From: Selaginella moellendorffii
Taxonomy: Eukaryota > Plantae > Lycopodiophyta
Direction of reading: 5' to 3'
NCBI RefSeq assembly: GCF_000143415.4
Contig: NW_003314305.1
Location: 1,398,834 to 1,462,833 of the forward strand
DNA: 64,000 nucleotides
Positions within the stretch are counted from its first letter, which is position 1, and each line of letters begins with the position of its first letter. The notes beneath the pieces are model-generated. The model ran no database searches. It was not told the origin of the DNA and saw only the letters and a program-made list of their open reading frames with translations. This document shows, one piece after another, positions 10,437 to 24,190 of this stretch. The position numbers and the translations under genes were made by a program.

Positions 10437-12407
10437 CTATGGCGGACAGTAAAGAGTGGCCAAACCTTGCTCCACACAGACCTCAATGGTCGGACCATAG
10501 GACATGGGGTCTCCTTTACCATCGCCCACGGCGCCCCAGCCTCTCGTCACAACCTCGCCATCCACGTCGATGTATCCTCCTTGGATCCGGCTCCCCACTC
10601 TTCCACCGGGAGCTATTTGGAAAGCTTTCACCTATGCATCAAAAAGAAGCTCTTCTTGTGAGTTCCAAGTTCTTCGAGTGACTTACTTTGAGATACGTGA
10701 GATACTTGGATTCCACCGCTTTCCCTTGCTGTATGCTCGTAAGGAGGCCGATGAGCTTGTATCGAGGGCAGTCCCGGAGAACAATGAGGTCTAGAAATCC
10801 ATCTGCAAACTGCTATGAAGCGTAAGAAAACGCGAGAGATCTTAGAGTGCGTACCTTGGACTCGGGGGCGGAGTTAAAGTCCTCACTAGCCCAAGGAACG
10901 TTTTGCAGCAAAACCATCACGAATGCTCCCTCCATCACCCTCCAGTCGCTTCTCAGCGACGAGGAAACCGGTCCCGAGTAGCCGGTCGCGGCGCGTCCCC
11001 TTCTCTCGTCGTCACACTCGACTTTCATGCCGTCGAGCTCGCCATTGTAAGGTGCTCCTATGTCCTCGTATCCAGGCGCCGGAACGTAGGCGAAAACACC
11101 GTTGTACCGCCGCAAGCGTAAGATGCGTATCAAGCTCTGCAAGCAAAACGGAGTGGAGTTCGCTTGTTATTTTAGCTATCTCTTGAAGACAACTTACGTA
11201 AAAGTCGAAACGCAAACCTCCCATCCACCGATACTTTTCGGATTCAATGTCCACGTCCGCGACAAATCCTGAAACACAGCCAGCAGTGTTTTAATGAAGA
11301 GAATATAAGCATTCTATGTACCCCATGTCAGTAGGAGAATGCTGTAGAACTTTGTTTGTCCTTGTACAACCGTGGCGACATCAACCGCTTGTGTGTGACC
11401 TGCAAAAACGGCCAAAACAAGTGTCAATGCTCTGTGGCATCGCGTAAGTCCGCTCAGAGACCAAGCAAAACGAATTACCGCGTATTATAGCGAAAGTTGC
11501 ATTGCGAGCATTGCAAGGCTCGCCAGCAGCATCTAACAAGGATTTAGCCATGCCATTTCCAGAACCTGAGCATTAAAAGTCGTCGCATTCACACAAAACA
11601 AGCAAAAAAAGCACGGCGAAAGTCTTGCCTGCGGGTACGACTCCAATCGGCATCTTGATTGCTCGAGCCCAGTCTGGCCTTTCTAAAAGCCCGTTTAACA
11701 CCTGAAAGAAGCGTGAGCGTTTTGTTTGCGAGAAGAGCTCATTGCTTAAAACGCACCTCCACTAAAATCCCATCACCGCTAACGCATATAACTCCATCGT
11801 ACTGCGCGATATTCATTGATTTGGCCATGTCTCTCGCATGAAGCTGGAATTGAGTCACTGAAACAAAGAAAAGTTTAAGAAGAGAAGAAGAAAAAAACAA
11901 AGAAATCGAAAGAGAAACCTTTTTTCGTGACCTCAATCCGAGCTGCCGCGAGTAGTGGCAAAACATCGCGCTTGTAGACTTCTTCTGCCTCTCCTTTGCC
12001 ACTAAAGGGATTGATAAAAACGACCAATCTCTTCGGCCTCCCTGAAAAATAATTCCTCAAGCTTGTTCTAGAAAACCAAAAGAGAAAATCTACTTACCTG
12101 ATCGATCCAAACACTCTTGGATGGCATCGCACCACAGCTTGTACGCCTCCCGCTGCTCGAATTCCAAGGTCACGTCCTTCCTCTTGCGCTGATTGCCTCC
12201 ACAGCACCCCGTGCTCGCAAACTGGAAGGTGTGAAGCACGATCGTGATCGGCTTGTCCGTGAATCCCAGAATGTCCTTCTGGACGATGAGGCTCCCGGCG
12301 CTGATCCCATGGCCGTCCCATTTCAGCACCCCCGAGGAGCTGAAAGACGCCTTGACGCGCGTTCCATCCAGCAGGAGCTGCGCTACCACGACTCTATCCT
12401 TGTCCAT
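10437..12407 (-). CDS. SPHK1: Sphingosine kinase / long-chain base kinase (DAGK catalytic domain), multi-exon
   Basis: RPKRLVVFINPFSGKG, YDGVICVSGDGILVEV, GSGNGMAKSLL, WGGLRFDFY-like, FADGFLDL and YIDVDGEV motifs in order, with canonical introns. Confidence 0.93.
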
Positions 12408-12458
12408 CTAGCTCAATCCTGTCAAAATCCCATCGAAATCATCAAGATTTCCCCCGAA

Positions 12459-12502
12459 TCGAGCTCCAGCGCCATGGATCTCGAGCTCCAGCGCCATGGA
12501 TC
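12459..12502. repeat. 22-bp tandem duplication (tcgagctccagcgccatggatc x2) upstream of SPHK
   Basis: Seen directly. Confidence 0.8.
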
Positions 12503-12948
12503 GCGCCCATTCTCTCACCAATCCGAAGACCTAAAATGATGCCACGTATATTCCCCGTATCTCGGGACATCTTTAATTCGTCAGGGAGGCCGTCAAGCCC
12601 GTCCAGGCTCTCTTGTTGGTTTTCATTTGCGCAAGCCCTAAGTTCTCTATCTAGGTTTTTCCCGGGCAGCGCCCGAGTTCCAAGGATTCCCCGGCGCTGC
12701 CACGGCATGGAGCGCTCCAGGCATTTGGAAATCCTCCGCAAGGTGCATTCTTCCTCTCCCCGCTAGGTCGCCGCCATCGCCACAGCTCCCTGGAATTGCC
12801 GTGATCGTCCAGCTTCCGCGGCGAAATCCACCGCGAATCCACCGGAAGAAGGAAATATTCGATCCCTCGGCAATTTCTTGGACTGGATGCTGGATTATCA
12901 CGGCCTCGCCACTCTTGCCACATCCTCCGGGGCAAGGGACAAACGTAG

Positions 12949-15900
12949 ATGCATGAGCGCGTGGAAGTGGATGTTCCAGCGCTGCTGTTGACACTCGTGA
13001 TCGTCGCGCTGGTGAGCTTGGGTCTGATCCACCAGGTGAGAATCCGGGCAGCAAGGCAGATCGAGCTCCAGCGGCTCCAGCAAATTCTAGCGGCCGAGAA
13101 CGAACAACACGAGAAGCTAGCCGAGCAGGAATACACTTCCATGTTGGCTACTCCGCGAAACTCTACCACCATCTCGTCGCCGAATCCACCACAGCAACAG
13201 CAACTAGCAGCCGCTAGCTTGTGTGCCGTCTGTGACAGCCCAACAAACAGTCGCTGCTCGCGTTGCAAATCGATTCACTACTGGTAAGCTAGTTCTTTCC
13301 TTGTTCTTCTCTTGGAACTAGGAAAATGACGAGTTTCTTCTTTCAGTTCTTCGAAGTGCCAAGTCACGCATTGGAGGCAAGGTCACAAGAATGAATGCCT
13401 TGTGGCGGGGGCGGAGAAACCCACGCCCAAGCCCAAGTCTGAGCCCATCTCTTTGGCAGTTCCAGGAACCAAGAAGCTTAAGAACACCGAAGCTTCTCCT
13501 CGAGCTCATGTTATCAGTCCTAAGCCAGCACCAGCAGAAGTGGAGGTGAAGAAGTTGTGTTTGCAAACTTCCGAATCTAAGTCGGACGAATCCAACGTAA
13601 CTTCTGATGGGAGTCTTGTAAAGCCCAAAAAGGTTCCGTCTTCTTTCCTTTCTTGCATTGATCAAGCATTTTTCTTTTTCTTTCAGATACTATTTCCGTA
13701 TGGTCGCTTCGTTCATTACTTCAACTGGGATTTTCGAAGGCCACCTTGCGGACTGATAAACTGTGGAAACAGGTAAAAGAAAATGTACTATGAGAAACGA
13801 GGTAACATATTTTTTCCCCTGGCAGCTGCTTTGCGAACGTTATACTTCAGTGTCTTTCTTACACAAGACCTTTAGCTGCATATTTACTTGAGGGAAGTCA
13901 CCGTGCTGAATGTAAGTACTAGAATTTCGATATCTTATCTTACATTTCTACTCTTCCAGGCCGTCGAAATGATTGGTGTTTTATGTGTGAGCTTCAAGAC
14001 CATGCTTTGAGGGTCTTCAATAGCGAGGTTCCTTTCTCGCCTTTTCGAATTTTGTCACGCCTGCGGGACATTGGTAATCATCTTGGCTATGGACGTCAGG
14101 AGGATGCGCATGAATTTATGCGGTAGGCTTTTGGATGTTTGTTTGCGAGTTTATAAAATATTATATTGTGCAGGTTCGCCGTGGATTCGATGCAGTCTAT
14201 ATGTCTCGATCAGTTTGGCGGTGAAAAGCAAGTAGATTCCCGTAGTCAAGAAACAACGTTGATTCAGTACATATTTGGTGGCCATCTTCAATCACAGGTA
14301 CGAAATAGACAGTCATTAAATCTTTGCTAAGTTATCTTCGTTTATCAGGTGAAATGCATGCAATGCGGCCATGAGTCTAATCGCTACGAGAACATGATGG
14401 ATCTTGCCGTGGAAATACAAGGTGCAGTTGAATCATTAGAAGATGGACTCGCTCAGTTTACAGCCCCTGAATGGCTAGACGGCGAAAACAAGTACAAATG
14501 CGATAGGTGGTGTGACGTTTGGGCAATTCCATTATTTTCCTGGTACTACTCTTGAATTATTCTCTGCTTTCCAGATGCAACGGTTATGTGAAGGCGAGCA
14601 AGCGTCTAAGTGTTTATGAAGCTCCGAACATTCTTACGATCGCCTTGAAACGCTTCCAGGTTTTTTTTTGTTTCTTTTTTGTTTAATGTTTTGAGATCAC
14701 TAACACGGTGTTATGTGTAGTCCGGAAAGTTTGGGAAGCTAAACAAACGGGTCACCTTTCCGGAAGCCTTGAACATTTCACCGTACATGAGCGGAGAAGG
14801 AGACAAACCTCCCCTCTACAGACTGTATGCGGTTGTTGTACATGTCGACATGCTAAACGCTTCTTTCTTTGGCCATTACATTTGTTATGTTCGGGACATG
14901 ACAGGAACTTGGTATAAAGTCGACGATAGCAAGGCAAGAGTTTCTTACTACTGTGTTGTTTCCTCCTTTACTGAGTGGATGTTCAATTTATGTAGGTGAA
15001 AGAGGTCGATACAGAGAAGGTGATGTCTCAGAAAGCTTACATGCTGATGTACAGCAGGTATCCAGAATTCCGCAGGTCTATCGGTTAACTTGTGTTCTTT
15101 TCGTAGATCTTCAGCAAGACCCGGTCCGGAAACAGCTGTTGGCTCTGTGGCTTCAACTATAACTGATGTATCGGTTTCAAATGGGAGAAAGTGCTCGTCG
15201 TCCTCCTGCAAGTACCAGCAGAGTTCATCAATTGGACAAGTCCATGATCAAGTCCATCGGGTTAGTCCGATAATAGCTGGAACTTTGATCGATAACTCGC
15301 TGGTAGAAGAATCGGTTGGGCCCTCGTATTCAACTTTGCAGACCACTACAATCGAGAAGGTTATCGAGCTCGGGTTTGACGATTCAGACAGCATCACCGG
15401 GTCATCCCAGGAGATAGACAGAATCTCGTCACCAAATTCACAGGTGCAGATGTCTCACGAGCTGGCAGAGTGCGAGGTCACTTCACCTTCAAGTCCGCAA
15501 AGAAGGAAGGCTGCCAAGCGGAGGTTAGAAACTTCCGACGCGCCTCGGACGAGATCGTTGTCGTGTCCTCCGGCTGCTAAGTCTCCAGCGTCCCCTTCAC
15601 AGTCTCATCAGCTAGCAGACGACCTTCCAAGGAGTTTTGGATACTCTCTGGCTCAGCGGGACAAGGAACGCTTGACAGCCGCGGATAAAGTCGAGTCGCC
15701 ATCCAAGAGGCAGCACTTGCTCCAAGAGCGCTCTTCTTCCATGGAAGGTGACAACGAAGTGAGTAACGAAACCAGTAGTAAAGAGGGGGGAGCTGAGGAG
15801 GAGCCAGCGTCCCCGTCGATGGATGAGCTTGATCAAAGCTTGTCTCTACCAGCGGGGGAACTTCATACAAGCACAGCCTGCGTGCAGCAAGCTTTGTCGG

Positions 15901-16286
15901 GGACAACCAAGGATGGAAACCAGGACATGAAGAAAGAGCCGCCGAGGAAAGCAGTGAACGGGGTTGTGCTCAAGCCGGTATTCGCGAAAGGATTTCTGGA
16001 CAGGTCCGTGAGGAGAGTTTTAAACACCACCAACAGGGAGGAGCTGTCTCCTAGAGGATCAAGCCGCGATCAGCAGGAGCGGCAGCAGCGAGAGATCATC
16101 ACAGGAAAAGGAGACGAGGTGTCGACGATTGAGAGATCGATCAACAGTGGCAGCAGCAGCAGCAGCAACAGTAGTTCCAGGAAGCTGGGACGAAACGATA
16201 GCTGTTCTTGCGGATCACAGCGGAAGTGGAAGAAGTGCTGTGGAATGGTGAAAGAGATCGAGAGTAGCCGGAGGCTGGTCGCGTAA
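12949..16286 (+). CDS. Ubiquitin-specific protease of the UBP15/16/17 class (N-terminal TM, zf-MYND, USP domain, C-terminal SEC-C motif)
   Basis: [13 protein letters not shown] zf-MYND; GLINCGN-SCFAN Cys box; RQEDAHEF; GHYICYVR His box; C-terminal [20 protein letters not shown]. Confidence 0.92.
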
Positions 16287-16528
16287 GTAGCAAAAGAAAG
16301 AAAATTCTTCCCCGACTTGCAAAATTTTTGGAATGCTAATGTTCATTCTTATATTGTTTTGTTGTAAATGTATCGATTTTATCTATGGCAAAACAAAACC
16401 ATAACAGAATATCTTTATGCTTAACGGAATATGCGTTTGAAAGCCATATGAACAGAATATGCCACTATAGCAGAATATGCTTCCCAAACCCCTAAATTTT
16501 GAAATTCTAGGGCTCTTGAAAGAGCGGG

Positions 16529-17457
16529 ATGGCGATCTCGGCGATCGTGGTGCTGGCGGCGGACCAGTCCGATTCGGCGTTTCTTCTCGCTGGATCCTAC
16601 GAGCTCAATGTCAGCATCTTCTATCGATCCAACGTCAAGGAGTTGATCGTGTTCACGGCGCGCACCATCGCCTCGCGCACCAAACCGGGGGAGCGCCGAT
16701 CGGTGGAGCAGGGTATGTGTTTTTCTAGATCGTTTGTTCTTCGTGTGTGAGCTCCTTTCTTTTCGTGGTGGATTGTTTTTCATTTTCTTTGTGTATAGAC
16801 CAGTACACGGTACATAGTTTCAACCGGAATGGACTTTGTGGCCTGGTTTTCGCCGATAAACACTATCCAAGCTCTTTCCTGGTTCTTCGCGAGGTAAACA
16901 CTTTGGAAGCTTTGACGAAGTTTTGTCTTCTTCGTTGTTTTTTCTTTCTCTGGCTCAGGTGCTTGACAAGTACGAGCAAACGTTTGGAAACTCGTGGAGG
17001 CAATTGAAGGCTGACAAGCAGCACGCCTGGCCATGGCTCGACGAGGCTCTCAAGAAATTCCAGGTAGCTTTCCATCTCTTTTTGCTCTAGCTTTGAATCC
17101 ATCCTTCCTCTTTCTCTAGGATCCAGTCAATGTGGACAAGATCCTAAAGATCACCAAGGACTTGGACGACACCAAAGTCATACTGGTGCGTGAAAGAGAG
17201 CCTCCCTTGAGTTTTTGTTCTTAGCTTTCCCGGTTTGATGGCTCGTGATTTTCCAGCACAAAACGATCGACAGCATCCTGGACAGGGGCGAGAAGCTCGA
17301 CAGTCTCGCCCAGAAAAGCTCCGACCTCAGCTTCAAATCTCGCGTAACTAAGTTCTTTTCTTCGTTCGCGATCCTCGAATGACCTTTGCGTGTTTTATAT
17401 ATGTAGGAATTCTACAAAGTCGCGCGCAAAACCAATCAATGCTGTTCCTTGGCATAG
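16529..17457 (+). CDS. YKT6: YKT6-like longin R-SNARE
   Basis: FYRSNVKELIVFTARTIASRT; LHKTIDSILDRGEKLDSL; ends TNQCCSLA* (CCAAX). Confidence 0.93.
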
Positions 17458-17783
17458 ATTCGACCACTTCGAACATGTCTTGCCGCTGTTTTCTTAGCCT
17501 CATAAGCATGGTTTTCCGATCTCACAATGTTGACTAAGCTTCTAAAGATTGGTTTCATTGCCCAGCATTGCGATCGAATCAAACTTTTTTGGATTGACAA
17601 AATGTCGAATGATCTTTACAATGCAGAATTCTATGAAGTCGCATACATGTCCGTTTTAAGAATTGTTGAAAGGAGTCAAAACTCTCGCACGGAGAAGGTC
17701 CGGTCTCATCATCAAAATTCTCGTTTAACTGTTGGATCCTGATTCCAAAAAGCTGTAAAAAAGTAACGATTCATACGATTTAC

Positions 17784-18621
17784 CTAAGTGATACGAAGGA
17801 TCTCTTGCATTGCGATGGAGGTTGCTCCAGGCTCAAAGTCGACACCGCCGAGCGCAGTTTCTTCGAGGCCCAGGAGCCTTGCAATGCAGCTCCGTTCGTC
17901 TTTGGTGAGTCCATCCGATTGCAAAGCGTTTTCCAGTCGGTCCTGACATCCCAGTGCTACTATCAGGTCGAATATCGCCTTCTGCAAGTTCGACGACATC
18001 AGGCACAAGTTCCCGCAGAGAAAATCGATGAAGACGGGCTCAGCCAAGATACTTTCTCGAATCCCTTGTTGCTCCATCACCAGCTGCATTTGAAAAGTGT
18101 AGAGGCCCTTAAAACATCAAAGTGGAGAAGCTCACCTTCCTCAAAACATTTGCGAGGTGAAGTTTCTCCCTGGCACTGCCTCCTTCTGAGTCCAGCAAGA
18201 CGAGTGGTATGCATCGGACCATTGTCTCTGGCCTCTCCTGCCACAGCCTCTGGAATACACCCCAGGACTCTTCGTTTCCGAGATCAATGCCTTGAACGAT
18301 GGCCTGGATTTCCCTCGCCTGTGGCTCGTGTTCGTGGATCATGAGTTGCCGTTGAGCACTGATAGAATTTGACGCCAACGCGATGTCCAACAGAGTACCA
18401 TAACTGGAGTTCACAGCTTCCTCTAGTTCTTCGTCTTCGGAAAACGATTCGAAGTTCTGCTTGGGAACGGCTGGCGGGGTACATACGCGGGCGTGCTCTT
18501 CGGGAAGGAAGCTGTCCACCTGCTCTGTTTTCTCAGATAGTTGGTCATAATGCGATACCGACATGATGTTCTTCGTTGCTGTGTTCGTGTTGCACAACGC
18601 AATCGTTGCAATGCCGGCCAT
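17784..18621 (-). CDS. Hypothetical helical (ARM/HEAT-like?) protein, 2 exons (18621-18136, 18083-17784)
   Basis: Two ORFs joined in frame by a 52-nt GT-AG intron; no family recognised; start codon uncertain. Confidence 0.55.
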
Positions 18622-19134
18622 GCCTGCCTCTTCGACGATCTACAGTCCCGAGAGGAAATATTTTATGGAAACGCGATCTATGATCGAAATACTTACTGCT
18701 TACCTGTGGATTCACAAGAAGCCGCAGCTCGGAGAAGCGAAAGCAATAGTCCCTCTTCTCGCCCAGGCCGCCAGGAGGAGAGAGGATGGGCTAAATCGAT
18801 TGATCGCGCGAGGTGAAACGGAAATGCGTCCCATGCTAGACGTTGGATCTGCCACGTCTCGTCTGAAAGAAAAATAGCGGAGTCGGCAATGCAAAAATGC
18901 CAAGGCCCAAAAGTCTTATACTAGTATTTGCCCAGCCAATGCTGGGTAGTTGGCAAAGCCACTAACATATTTTTGTGAGAATTTGCTCACATCTCACAAT
19001 TTCCTTGTGAAATGATTCCTTTATTTTTAGCACCAGTCTATTGTTATCCATTGGGCCATAGGGAAAATTAAAAAACAAACAAAGTTTATTGTAGTTTGTT
19101 TTTATGTTTTAAAGTGTAGTAGGACAGGAGTTAG

Positions 19135-22100
19135 TTAATATAAAGCTTCTTTATATACAGTATTGATGGTGAATGTTGATGAATTGAATGGAATTAAGCG
19201 GCCTTGTGTATGAGTTGTGTCAACTCGAATTGCAAGTTGTTGTGGTGATGTGCATCTTGAGAGTGCAACATAGAGCTGCCCATGGGTAAAGACTGGCTGG
19301 GGTAAGTAGATGCCTACACGATCAAATGTTTGACCTTGGCATTTTGAAATTGTTAAGCAGTATCCAAGACGAAGAGGAAATTGTTTTCGAGACATATGGA
19401 ATGGAACATCTGAATCAGAGGGTGTTAAATTAATGCGTGGGATAAAAGTTCTAGTACCTTTAAATTCACCTGTAATTATTTCACAGTCCAAAACTTTAGG
19501 TGAAGTTCTTTTGACCATTAGTCGAGTTCCATTGCATAATCCAATTGTTGGAGACATATTTCTCAGAAGAATAACTATACAACCTTCTTTTAGTATCAAT
19601 TTGTGTGGTGGTAGTCCAGAGGGAGTGATAGAGTTTAGAAATTCAATCGGGAAATCTTCAGGGTGTTTAACATCAACAGAGTCAATGCTAGTATAAGTTT
19701 GAGGTGGACCTGGTAATTGAGAGATGATGTTGTTGTTAATTGGAAATGTATCATCATTGAGAGGTGTTAAAATGGCTCTATTTGCTGCAATTTGAACATT
19801 TGAAATATCTTCGATACATGGGAATACGAAATCAGTAATAGAGGTACTTCTAATTAGTTCTGAAGAAAGAAGGATAGAATCAAGTGGTAAAATAGGGTTT
19901 TGTGTGTAATTATTTCCATCACCGACTTTTAATAGCCATTCTGCCCAGTCTGGGAACTTGGGGCCAAGCCGCATATTTGTTTGCAATTGAAACTTTCTAA
20001 ATAGATTCCATAGACTATTCATTTTTACAGATGTGGAAACAATTTGTGCTCGATGACTGTGTGGGACAACTGGTAATGTTTGACGGAAGTCACCACTTGT
20101 AACAATAACAATGCCACCGAATGGAGAATTATTTTGTTTTATGTCTCGTAGGCAGCGGTCGACAGCTGAAAAGGCAAGTGTATGAACCATACTAATTTCA
20201 TCCCAAATAAGCACTTGTATTGCTTTCATAGATCTACCGGCATTGTTATTAGGTGTTAAACCAGAAACAGATGTATCATTAATTGGAACTGGTAACTTAA
20301 AAGTTGTATGGGATGTTTGTCCATTGTGTAGTAGTGTGCTTGCAATGCCTGTCCATGCCATACAAACCACTTTTTTATTGTAGAACTCAAAATATTTTAC
20401 CATTGTATTTAATAAATATGTTTTGCCAGTACCACCAGGGCCATCAATAAAAATAAAACGATTGGTATCGGTCGGGCACTCGACAATATTAACAATTTCA
20501 TTGAATATAGTTAATTGTTCAACATTCAAGTTTGCAATATAATGGTAAATTTCTGTATATGAATGGTTGCAATTTGGTATTGGTTGAATTGAGGTATTTA
20601 GGATTGGGATAGGTAAATTGTATGATTGATTTGTTTTACCATGTATTTTCATTCTTGAGTTAATGTCTATTAGAGCAAGTTTATATCTGCATACAATATT
20701 TGTTCTACTAAAATCTTCAGAAAGCTGATCCTTAAAAACATCCCAAAGATATGGTGGGTCTTGTGGATTGCAAAAAATACATATGAAAGTAAAGAGTTGA
20801 CGCAATTGTGTAGGCATTTGAAAATTACATGCTTCTTGTAAACAATTATACCACTCGTTGTCATCATCAAGAAGACTCATAGCAATAGTAGTTTGTTGAA
20901 AGCTTCGGTAAGTTACATCATTAACTGTTTTAATATTGTCGAAGGATGTTGCTCCTCTTTTATGAAGAAGAATAATACGTAAATGGTACAACTCGGTATT
21001 TAGAGGAGATACTGAGTATAGTCGAGGAATAACCTTTTTTTTTTTTCGACGTTGCCATACATTAACAGATTTATTGAAAACATAATGTAAAGGTATTTCA
21101 ACGTAGGTATATTGTCTTGCATTCAGATCATGAATATTGAGTTCGAACCATTTTGTTAGCATTGTTCCATTACGTGCTGCTCTTTGCAAAGCATTGTGCT
21201 CCGAGCCTTCTGTAAAATACACATTTTGGAAGTCAGGAAGATGTACGGGCAGACATATTATAGGGTGTGAGCGTCCATGCATTTTAAATTTAAATATCCT
21301 CCAAATAGCTTCCGGTGCTGAAATGTATCGAGTATTTATAAAATTCGTGATTTCATCCCAGTTTAATACGTTTGCAGATTGAGTAGCTGTTTGGACTTGA
21401 ATGGTTGCACAATCATATCCTTTATAAACATATTGAAAAAGATACTTAATACTTTTAATTGATGCACATATTTCTATATTTATATGGGCCTTGTATTTTT
21501 TACATAAATATTTATTATATGGGACAATCCATCTGTTATCAATTGGAACATCATTTTTAAGGAAGGTGCGACCATTGTTTGGCCTAAAATATTCTGGGTA
21601 TCCATCCACACAGTATGTAGTCCCGTCATTGAAGTTTTTGGGATAGTTTTTGGAGCATTTTTTGTTTTCCATACATGGACTTTGAGAATTTAGTAATCCA
21701 CATGGACCATGTATCATATGTGATGTGATTATTTCAAATAGTTCGGGCTCTGATAAAGGGTCAGGTAATTGAGCAGATACATATTGGTCAATAGTATCAC
21801 GGTCTTTAATTTTACTTTCATTATCTAATATGCCTAGGAAATGACAATGTGGCAAACCTCTTTTTTGGAACTCAATGACATATATAAATGCAATACATCT
21901 TCCAAAGATATTATTTTGTGTAATATCATAGAGAAAATATTTTAGCTTCATGTTAAAAACCCTAGCAACTAAATCAGGTCGATCTTCAGGTCCTTCATTA
22001 GGGTGTAGATTTTGTAATATCTCAGGCCATTTAGGGTTGCAAGTGAAAGTTATGAAAATATCAGGTTTTGAGTGTTTTGTTACAATTGCCATAGCATCTT

Positions 22101-23475
22101 GGTAATTTTGTTACATAGCTCTGGGGCTTCCTGTAAAAGTAGAAGGTAAAATAACAATTTTTCCTGGTCGAGCATTTGCATCAGCAGCTTTTCCAGCAAC
22201 ATAATCCATCAAACCTGTATAAAAATCAACTCTCATATTTTTTTGATTAGATCTATAGTATTGTAAATTGTTGCTTTCAATTTTAACATAGGCATCTACA
22301 ATATATTGTTGGGTGAGTTTTCCAGCATGTAAAATTTGGTCATATGTAATTGTAGAGGTTGATAATGTTGAATCTCTTTTGGACAAACGATAAGCATAAT
22401 ATTGAAGGAGTGTTACATGCTTGTTAGAAGAAAGCTTGTCATGCCAAGCTCTATCTCCATATGGAAAAAGTAATGGATAAACCATAGGATCACAATTAGC
22501 ATTTAAAATAGATATATGTTGTGGTTCTGATGATTTTGGATGACTACATATTTCACGGTCAAAAGGTGGCACACCATCTTCACTTTGGAAAACTATTGCA
22601 ACATCATTAGTTTGTGGAGTATTATATCGACGATGGTCTGTGCCTTCATTTTTAATAAGCATATAAACTCCACGTAAATTGCTACCAGAAATAATAGTTC
22701 TTGAAATATTTTCCTGTTCCAATTCATACATCATTCTAAAAGCTTGTGCATATGGATTAATATATCGAAGTATCGTATCTAGTTGAAGTAGTAAATTATA
22801 ATCACAGTTAATGTTAAAAGGGTTTTGTTTTCTGATATCAGTAGCCTCATTGGAGTCTAGCATGTACAATTGACTGTAGCTTGGATTTTGATGTACTGAA
22901 GGATGTTGTGGCATAATTTTGTGATAGATTTGTCCATGAATTCTATAGCAGTATGGACCATGACCCGTAAAAGTATCAATGCTAGCTCCCATAGACGCAA
23001 AAGCAAGTGCACTATTATATTGTCTTATATTACTCTTGAAATTAGAGTGTTTGTGTGAGTTATATACAGAATACAGAAAAGGTGGTAATGGAAGTATTGG
23101 AGGCAGGTAGACTTGTCCACTCTGGCAACAAATAGACTTGTTCTCATCGGCAAAGTGTGAGGCATGACAATATTTACAAATATATGATAAGGGGCCTATA
23201 TTCAATGTCAAAATAGATGTATCATTATATAGGTAATTGCTAGCAAGTCTGTTGCGAATCTGAGGTGAAGGGGGCAAATAGGAATTGGAAATTGACTGCT
23301 GTTCAGTGTGATTATTAAGATTTGTTTGATGTCGATACTCTGTATCCTCTTGAATATTAGTGTTGTAAAAGCTATATGTATGCTGGTGCTGGTTAGTGGC
23401 TTCAACATTATCATTGTACGTGGGATGTGTATGTCTGTGTCGAATAGCATTCAGTACATGTCGAAGGCGTGACAT
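19135..23475 (-). pseudogene. Helitron RepHel (HUH Rep + PIF1 helicase) interrupted by a single in-frame TAA at 22113-22111
   Basis: PDIFITFTCNPKWPEI, IEFQKRGLPHCHF, KYLFQYVYKG, GPGGTGKT, DEISM, QFPLRLGYCLTISKCQGQT, HGQLYVALSR. Confidence 0.93.
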
Positions 23476-23775
23476 TATTTTCAACAGTTTCTTTTGGAAA
23501 TGGAGATCAGATATTAGGGCAGATAGAAAGGAAAAGATATTTACTGAGGGTTATGGACAGCATAAAAACTAACCTTTTCGATGCAATCGGGTGATGCCAA
23601 AAAAGAGCAGATTGACGTGTGTTACCTTATACAGTGTCTTCTCGCAAGACTTACAATTTTTTCTAGCTCAATTCTATGCACCACAAATACCTTGCTTTGA
23701 TGGAACTCCTCACAAATAACAACTTACGATGGGGTTCTCAGGAGCAAAGACACCAGCATTGACAGAGCGCCTCCG

Positions 23776-24190
23776 ATTTGGATCGTGAATCAGCAGCAGC
23801 AGCAGGGGCTCTCTCGCCGTCTCAAAAACCCTAGAAAAACATACAAAACAAAACCAAGCTGGATCACGACACGATCAAGCTCGAATCCCAGCCAGCAGCA
23901 ACGATTTGGGAGTGGATTTGCTTACCCACGGGAGGAAATCGCGATCCACAGCACGCTCCACTTGATCCTGCCCGATCCACAGCACGCTCCAAGGGCCGCG
24001 ACGGACTTGATGCTGCCCGGAGTGACGCGTGGAGCAGCAATCTCCGGTCAACACTTTGCATGTGCCACGTGTTGCTGGGCCTTTCTCCCGCCACACACGG
24101 CTTGGCCGCCTCCCATTGGCCGGGAGCAAACATCAGCGCGATTATTCACTAACACGTGGTTAAAGAAATAACCTTTACAGTTACCCCCCA
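23776..24190 (-). repeat. Internal direct duplication of the Helitron 1 5' region (29489-29880), containing a GTAAGC...TTTCTAG intron
   Basis: Near-identical sequence; ORFs 23785 and 29498 share their first ~58 aa. Confidence 0.9.

Noticed and set aside
22111-22113. Programmed stop-codon readthrough in RepHel
   Set aside because: The paralogue has CAA at this position; a C>T mutation is simpler
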